DNA from: a virus
Virus record (IMG/VR): IMGVR_UViG_3300012942_000035
Coordinates: 31,679 to 95,678 of that record
DNA length: 64,000 nucleotides
Reading direction: 5' to 3' (one strand)
The position numbers were made by a program, and so were the translations under genes. The notes below the pieces were generated by a model. It saw only the letters and a list, made by a program, of their open reading frames with translations, had not been told where the DNA came from and searched no databases. This document shows positions 60,394 to 64,000 of the stretch, piece by piece. Each line of letters starts with the position of its first letter. Within the stretch, counting starts at the first letter, position 1.

Positions 60394-60466
60394 TGCTCTA
60401 TAGTGTAACTGGCAACACACTTGATTCTGACTCAAGAGAGTCTAGGTTCGAACCCTAGTAGAGCAG
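60394..60466 (+). tRNA. tRNA-Gln(CTG)
   Basis: TGCTCTA/TAGAGCA acceptor; CTTGA-TTCTGAC-TCAAG; GGTTCGAACCC T-arm. Confidence 0.92.
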
Positions 60467-60510
60467 CACTTGACAGAATACTACCGCTTGCGGTATAGTT
60501 CTGTTAACGA

Positions 60511-60582
60511 GAACCTGTGGTGTAGTGTTGCACGGCTTTCGCAAGGGGGTAGGCTTGGGCTCAATACCCAGCGGGTTTACCA
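60511..60582 (+). ncRNA. tRNA-like RNA with a non-canonical anticodon arm (GCAA tetraloop), ending ACCA
   Basis: GAACCTG/CGGGTTT acceptor, GTGT/GCAC D-stem, TTGGG-CTCAATA-CCCAG T-arm, 16-nt anticodon arm. Confidence 0.6.
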
Positions 60583-60616
60583 GTCGATTCATGTGAGACT
60601 TAAAATATCATGATAT

Positions 60617-60687
60617 ATGTCGCTGGTGAAGTGGTATCACGTTGGATTCCAGCCCCAAAGTTCCGAGTTCGATTCTTGGGCGACGTG
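60617..60687 (+). tRNA. tRNA-Trp(CCA)
   Basis: ATGTCGC/GCGACGT acceptor, TT-CCA-GC loop, G73. Confidence 0.8.
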
Positions 60688-60765
60688 CGTTGGTAATAAT
60701 TGATTGCGTATACATGAGATTATTACAAGTGTGACAGGGTATACGACGAATGTCATGCGAAACAT

Positions 60766-60843
60766 CTAGGTGTGGGGCAGTAGGTCAGCCCGCTTCCCTC
60801 GGACGGAAGAGTACCGCAGGTTCGAATCCTGCCACCTAGACCA
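60766..60843 (+). tRNA. tRNA-Pro(CGG)
   Basis: CTAGGTG/CACCTAG; CTTCC-CTCGGAC-GGAAG; encoded ACCA. Confidence 0.92.
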
Positions 60844-60855
60844 TAAATCTAGTAA

Positions 60856-60927
60856 CCGGGTGTTGGAAAACGGTAATCCGCGTGTTTTGGATACACGAGA
60901 CAGCGAGTTCGACTCTCGCCTCCCGGA
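60856..60927 (+). tRNA. tRNA-Pro(TGG)
   Basis: CCGGGTG/CTCCCGG (one T-T mismatch); CGTGT-TTTGGAT-ACACG. Confidence 0.85.
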
Positions 60928-60953
60928 CAACGGTAGCCTCACGGCTGCTATGA

Positions 60954-61025
60954 CGAGGTATAGTAGACTGGTTAGCACACTTCTCTGATAAGGAAGTAAA
61001 CGTGGTTCGATTCCACGTACCTCGA
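60954..61025 (+). tRNA. tRNA-Ile(GAT)
   Basis: CGAGGTA/TACCTCG; CTTCT-CTGATAA-GGAAG; weak D-stem. Confidence 0.82.
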
Positions 61026-61167
61026 CGCCGGTTTGCTTGTATGTTTCGGCTGCGGCTGAAATGTATGGGCGCCGGTGTGCTTCAACTGGCTTAAGAACGA
61101 GGCGTCACGAAGGTATATACCGCACGCCTACTCCTGGCAAGGAGGCCGACAGAAGGTAATCAAATAA

Positions 61168-61240
61168 CCTCGTGAGGTCAAACGGTTAAGATATTACCCT
61201 GTCACGGTACATGGAGCGGGTTCGACTCCCGTCGCGAGGA
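61168..61240 (+). tRNA. tRNA-Asp(GTC), atypical A73
   Basis: CCTCGTG/CGCGAGG; TACC-CTGTCAC-GGTA; GCGGG-TTCGACT-CCCGT. Confidence 0.8.
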
Positions 61241-61244
61241 CACT

Positions 61245-61439
61245 ATGAATGAAAATAGTCAGGGAAATTTGGCATGCAACTCTTCAATATACCCTAACAC
61301 TTGGAGTACACCAAGCACTCGCACGGTGAAGGAAACTGTAGAAGAGTATGACGGCGACGGTAAGTTGGTAAAGAGAACCATCACCGAGACCACCACCACA
61401 GATTCCTATAGATACCAGCCATATCAAGCAATCTACTAA
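61245..61439 (+). CDS. Small hypothetical protein
   Basis: 64-aa ORF; ETVEEYDGDGKLVKRTITE. Confidence 0.55.
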   Translation: MNENSQGNLACNSSIYPNTWSTPSTRTVKETVEEYDGDGKLVKRTITETTTTDSYRYQPYQAIY

Positions 61440-61448
61440 GGATAAACT

Positions 61449-61985
61449 ATGAGCCGTGAAGTTCTTTTCAAGACCATTCACGGCTCTCGTCTTTATGGGT
61501 TAAACCACGCCGGTAGTGATGACGATTTCTACACCGTCGTCACCAAGAAGTTGACAGATACTCGTATCGGTAGACAGACCAAGGCTCGCTACGCCAAACA
61601 GACCATCGTTGACAACGAGGACTCTATGGTGGTAGACTTCGGTACTTGGGTTGAGATGTGTAAGTCTGGTGTGCCGCAGGCACTTGAGGCAATGTTCTCA
61701 GGTATGCCCTTAGAGGACCGTATTGGCGATTTCAGAGCCTCCTGGTATTGTGGTGACCAAGTATACCAGCGTTATTTCAGGACTATTAAATCCTTTGCGC
61801 TCAGCGAGGATGAAGGTATAAAGAAGCGTCGTCACGCATTGCGTCTGGCGCTCAACCTTAATGAGATAGGTCGCACCGGTAGATTCAATCCGACCCTATC
61901 CAAAGAAGATGCAAATTATATCACTCGTATGGCTACTAAGTCACACGATGATGTATATGGATTAGCACTATGTATAGCATGGTAG
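61449..61985 (+). CDS. Pol-beta-superfamily nucleotidyltransferase
   Basis: HGSRLYGLNHAGSDDDFY (GS-x-DxD signature); SD AAGGA. Confidence 0.8.
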   Translation: MSREVLFKTIHGSRLYGLNHAGSDDDFYTVVTKKLTDTRIGRQTKARYAKQTIVDNEDSMVVDFGTWVEMCKSGVPQALEAMFSGMPLEDRIGDFRASWYCGDQVYQRYFRTIKSFALSEDEGIKKRRHALRLALNLNEIGRTGRFNPTLSKEDANYITRMATKSHDDVYGLALCIAW

Positions 61986-61992
61986 GAGAACA

Positions 61993-62274
61993 ATGAGTCT
62001 GATTGATGATTTAAGGGATTGGTACAAGGAAGAGTCATATCCGCCAAGTGCCTGGGATATTGACGATGTTGAACAAATCGCCTATGAAGTGATTGATGAT
62101 TCTCCGCGTTGGGGTAATGTTGTTCAAATCGTATATAAGCGCGGTGATGAGTTGGCGGCGGTAGAAGATATTGAGCCTGCCACAGAAATGCAGGGCTGGG
62201 GAGACTACGGCGAGCCTGAGATATACAAGGTCTCGCCGGTAGAGGTAAAGACAATCAAGTACGAGAGGGTCTGA
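61993..62274 (+). CDS. Hypothetical phage protein
   Basis: SD AGGAG; RW...PATEMQ...VSPVEVKTIKY motif. Confidence 0.65.
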   Translation: MSLIDDLRDWYKEESYPPSAWDIDDVEQIAYEVIDDSPRWGNVVQIVYKRGDELAAVEDIEPATEMQGWGDYGEPEIYKVSPVEVKTIKYERV

Positions 62275-62295
62275 TTGCCTTTATTCCAGTGTAGT

Positions 62296-62324
62296 TTGAC
62301 ATGACCATTTTATCATGCTACACT
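62296..62324 (+). promoter_or_regulatory. Promoter inside a 10-bp inverted repeat
   Basis: TTGACA-17 nt-TACACT with TGn; TCCAGTGTAG (62285-62294) / CTACACTGGA (62318-62327). Confidence 0.75.
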
Positions 62325-62330
62325 GGACTT

Positions 62331-62401
62331 GGATGCGTAGTTCAATGGTAGAACAACGGTCTTACACACCGTTAACGTGGGTTCAATTCCCTCCGCATCT
62401 A
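62331..62401 (+). tRNA. tRNA-Val(TAC)
   Basis: GGATGCG/CGCATCT; GTTC/GAAC D-stem; ACGGT-CTTACAC-ACCGT. Confidence 0.88.
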
Positions 62402-62460
62402 CTGAACGCCGGAAAGACTACCGCCCCTTCGGAGGCTCCGGTACCCGAGAGTAGTCATAT

Positions 62461-62544
62461 GGAAGATGAATTGCAACGGCTTGCAACACTGTCTTGAAAA
62501 CAGTTGGTTCCGAAAGGGATTGGGCTCGACACCTACTTCTTCCG
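62461..62544 (+). tRNA. tRNA-Ser(TGA) with 8/4 cloverleaf and 6-bp D-stem
   Basis: GGAAGATG/CTTCTTCC (8 bp, one T-T), TTGCAA-CGGC-TTGCAA, ACTGT-CTTGAAA-ACAGT, long variable arm, TGGG/CCTA T-stem, G73. Confidence 0.8.
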
Positions 62545-62615
62545 CCGTGTTTAAACAAGAGCACGATGCTATGGGCGCGGTAGTGACTTGACTCCCCCAC
62601 GTTGATAGCACCCAA

Positions 62616-62686
62616 GGCAGTATCGTATATTGGTATTACGTTCGGTTGAAGCCCGAAGGAATACGGTTCGATTCCGTGTGCTGCTA
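62616..62686 (+). tRNA. tRNA-Phe(GAA)
   Basis: GGCAGTA/TGCTGCT; TTCGG-TTGAAGC-CCGAA. Confidence 0.82.
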
Positions 62687-62687
62687 C

Positions 62688-62761
62688 GCGTATATAGTGT
62701 TTAATGGTTAGCACATTTGACTTCCAATCAAATAGTGTGGGTTCGAATCCCGCTATACGCT
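62688..62761 (+). tRNA. tRNA-Gly(TCC)
   Basis: GCGTATA/TATACGC; TTTGA-CTTCCAA-TCAAA; T73. Confidence 0.92.
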
Positions 62762-62892
62762 CAGATGAAGAATTGATGACTAGTTAAATCAATTCCGAAT
62801 CAACCGTAGTGGTTCTCCCCCGACGATGGGGCAGTACAATGAACTATAGGTAAATCGGGTTAGCGACTCGTGAATCCTGAATCTACGGGCAT

Positions 62893-62969
62893 CCGGGTGT
62901 AATGGCGGTGGCTACGAACCACTAGCGCATAACGGAATGAAAATGAGGGTTCGAATCCCTTCACTCGGT
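62893..62969 (+). tRNA. D-armless tRNA-Arg(ACG)-like RNA
   Basis: CCGGGTG/CACTCGG; only 7 nt (TAATGGC) before GGTGG-CTACGAA-CCACT; 21-nt variable region; GAGGG-TTCGAAT-CCCTT. Confidence 0.6.
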
Positions 62970-62982
62970 CTCTGACTACGGA

Positions 62983-63011
62983 TTGACCTGTGATTCGTAG
63001 CATGCTATGAT
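62983..63011 (+). promoter_or_regulatory. Promoter of the HNH gene, inside an imperfect inverted repeat
   Basis: TTGACC-17 nt-TATGAT with TGn; CTACGGAT/ATTCGTAG. Confidence 0.65.
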
Positions 63012-63019
63012 GAAGTATC

Positions 63020-63427
63020 ATGAAGGTATGTAATAAATGTGGCGTCTCTAAGAGCCTTGAAGAATTTAGAGTTCACTCTACGCGCAAGACATACTACGGA
63101 TATTGCATAGAATGTCATCGCAAACAAGTACGAGAGCACTATCAGAAGAATAAGCAATATTATATTGATAAAGCTAAGTCTTGGAGAGCAGAGTGCAGAG
63201 ATAAAATTAATGAGTTAAAGTCTGTACCGTGTACTGATTGTGGAAAAACATTCCCATCCTATGTGATGGACTTCGACCATATGGGTATCGAAGAGAAAAT
63301 TTGTAATATTTCTCAAATGGTCGGTGTAAAGGGCATGGAGTCGATACTATCAGAGATAGCCAAATGTGAAATCGTGTGTGCTAACTGTCATAGGATTAGA
63401 ACGCATGAAAGACAGGCTACCATTTGA
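63020..63427 (+). CDS. HNH endonuclease inserted in the tRNA array
   Basis: CNKC...CIEC; PCTDCG...MDFDH...KCEIVCANCHRIRT. Confidence 0.85.
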   Translation: MKVCNKCGVSKSLEEFRVHSTRKTYYGYCIECHRKQVREHYQKNKQYYIDKAKSWRAECRDKINELKSVPCTDCGKTFPSYVMDFDHMGIEEKICNISQMVGVKGMESILSEIAKCEIVCANCHRIRTHERQATI

Positions 63428-63452
63428 ATCCAATCTGTGATAGTATTGATTC

Positions 63453-63608
63453 ATGAAAACGTTTCGATACGATGTCTCCCTCGTTGTAGAGGTAGAGGCA
63501 TTCTCAGAGATTGATGCCGAAGATGCGGTTCGTGACGCCTTTGGTTTAGGTGATACTTGCGGGTTGAATATAGTGGAGTCCGAAGTTGGTAATTTCACAG
63601 TTGATTGA
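63453..63608 (+). CDS. Small hypothetical protein (51 aa)
   Basis: MKTFRYDVSLVVEVEAFSEIDAEDAVRDAF...; ATG shortly after TGaTAGTAT. Confidence 0.55.
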   Translation: MKTFRYDVSLVVEVEAFSEIDAEDAVRDAFGLGDTCGLNIVESEVGNFTVD

Positions 63609-63732
63609 TACCTTGCAGATATGTTCATTCTGTTGCAAAGCACCATCTGATGGTATAGCAAAACTACAAGACCCAGAAGGTGATATTGTGGATTTGCCAC
63701 TATGTTTGAACTGCTTCAATTCAATAAGTTAG
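63601..63732 (+). CDS. Possible small zinc-finger protein (43 aa)
   Basis: TTG start overlapping the upstream gene end; CSFC...CLNC. Confidence 0.4.
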   Translation: MIDTLQICSFCCKAPSDGIAKLQDPEGDIVDLPLCLNCFNSIS

Positions 63733-63736
63733 ACTT

Positions 63737-63847
63737 GCTCCGGTAGTGAAAAATGGAAACACGCTCAGGTATGCGCGCTACTATGGGAACGATGCGCACG
63801 TTCCTGAATCCAACTGAGAAACTGAGGTTCGATTCCTCGCCGGTGCT
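63737..63847 (+). ncRNA. tRNA(Gly)-like RNA with a 45-nt structured anticodon loop
   Basis: GCTCCGG/CCGGTGC+T acceptor, GTG/CAC D-stem, CTCAG/CTGAG anticodon stem, TGAGG-TTCGATT-CCTCG T-arm. Confidence 0.7.
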
Positions 63848-64000
63848 CTCATTCCAATTAGGAGATATATGATTAAGGAGATTAGCCATGTTAACCGGTA
63901 AGTAGGGGCAACCATTAATTACCGATAACCTTACCGGTTGCCCCGGAAAGGTAACAACATGGCAACACAAGCACGAGGCGCGAGCAACAAGGCTAAGAAC

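Noticed and set aside
60689..60765. Hammerhead ribozyme (stem followed by GAAAC)
   Set aside because: The CUGANGA core is absent.
60766..60988. ORFs 60770..60988 (+) and 60766..60978 (-), and likewise 62315..62497
   Set aside because: They coincide with tRNA genes and are by-products of tRNA sequence.
62461..62544. tRNA-Sec call (GGAAGAT start, 6-bp D-stem)
   Set aside because: Anticodon is TGA (Ser), not TCA, and the T-stem is 4 bp; no sel genes in the window.
282..63970. Numerous minus-strand and alternate-frame ORFs in the ORF track
   Set aside because: They overlap well-supported + strand genes or tRNAs and show no recognisable motifs or translation signals.
60300..64000. tmRNA or HDV-like ribozymes in the RNA array
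   Set aside because: No tmRNA-type ends or tag ORF and no HDV nested pseudoknot could be fitted by eye; they may lie beyond the window.

Overview
64 kb of a large, apparently lytic, tailed dsDNA phage (long tape measure, siphovirus-type) of an actinobacterial host. All credible genes are on the + strand. Gene order and content resemble my recollection of the large Streptomyces BE/BK-type phages; this is not database-verified. Layout: virion genes (LamG/carbohydrate-binding protein, portal, protease-scaffold, major capsid, head-tail joining, major tail, frameshifted tail chaperone, 2159-aa tape measure with muralytic domains, minor tails, 2534-aa FN3 fibre; 1-34.9 kb). Then holin and replication/recombination genes (DnaB, primase, SSB, DnaE, MazG, RecA, resolvases, Cas4-like nuclease; 35-50 kb). 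Then a glycosyltransferase/cytidylyltransferase trio, nucleotide metabolism, homing endonucleases, terminase, a sirtuin and an RNA ligase (50-60 kb), and the start of a tRNA/ncRNA array (60.3-64 kb). Most notable observations: (1) a 40-nt hairpin matching the Ffh-binding domain IV of bacterial SRP (4.5S) RNA, starting at the predicted transcription start of the tRNA array; (2) several non-canonical tRNA-like RNAs (a 45-nt structured anticodon loop, a D-armless Arg, a GCAA-tetraloop anticodon arm, an 8/4 Ser) and other structured spacer RNAs; (3) a strongly enriched CCGGTA(G) word that forms palindromes over promoters; (4) a UUU-UGA-C +1 frameshift in the nucleotidase gene; (5) apparent absence of GATC and patchy avoidance of AGCT. 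All calls were made by eye, without database searches.
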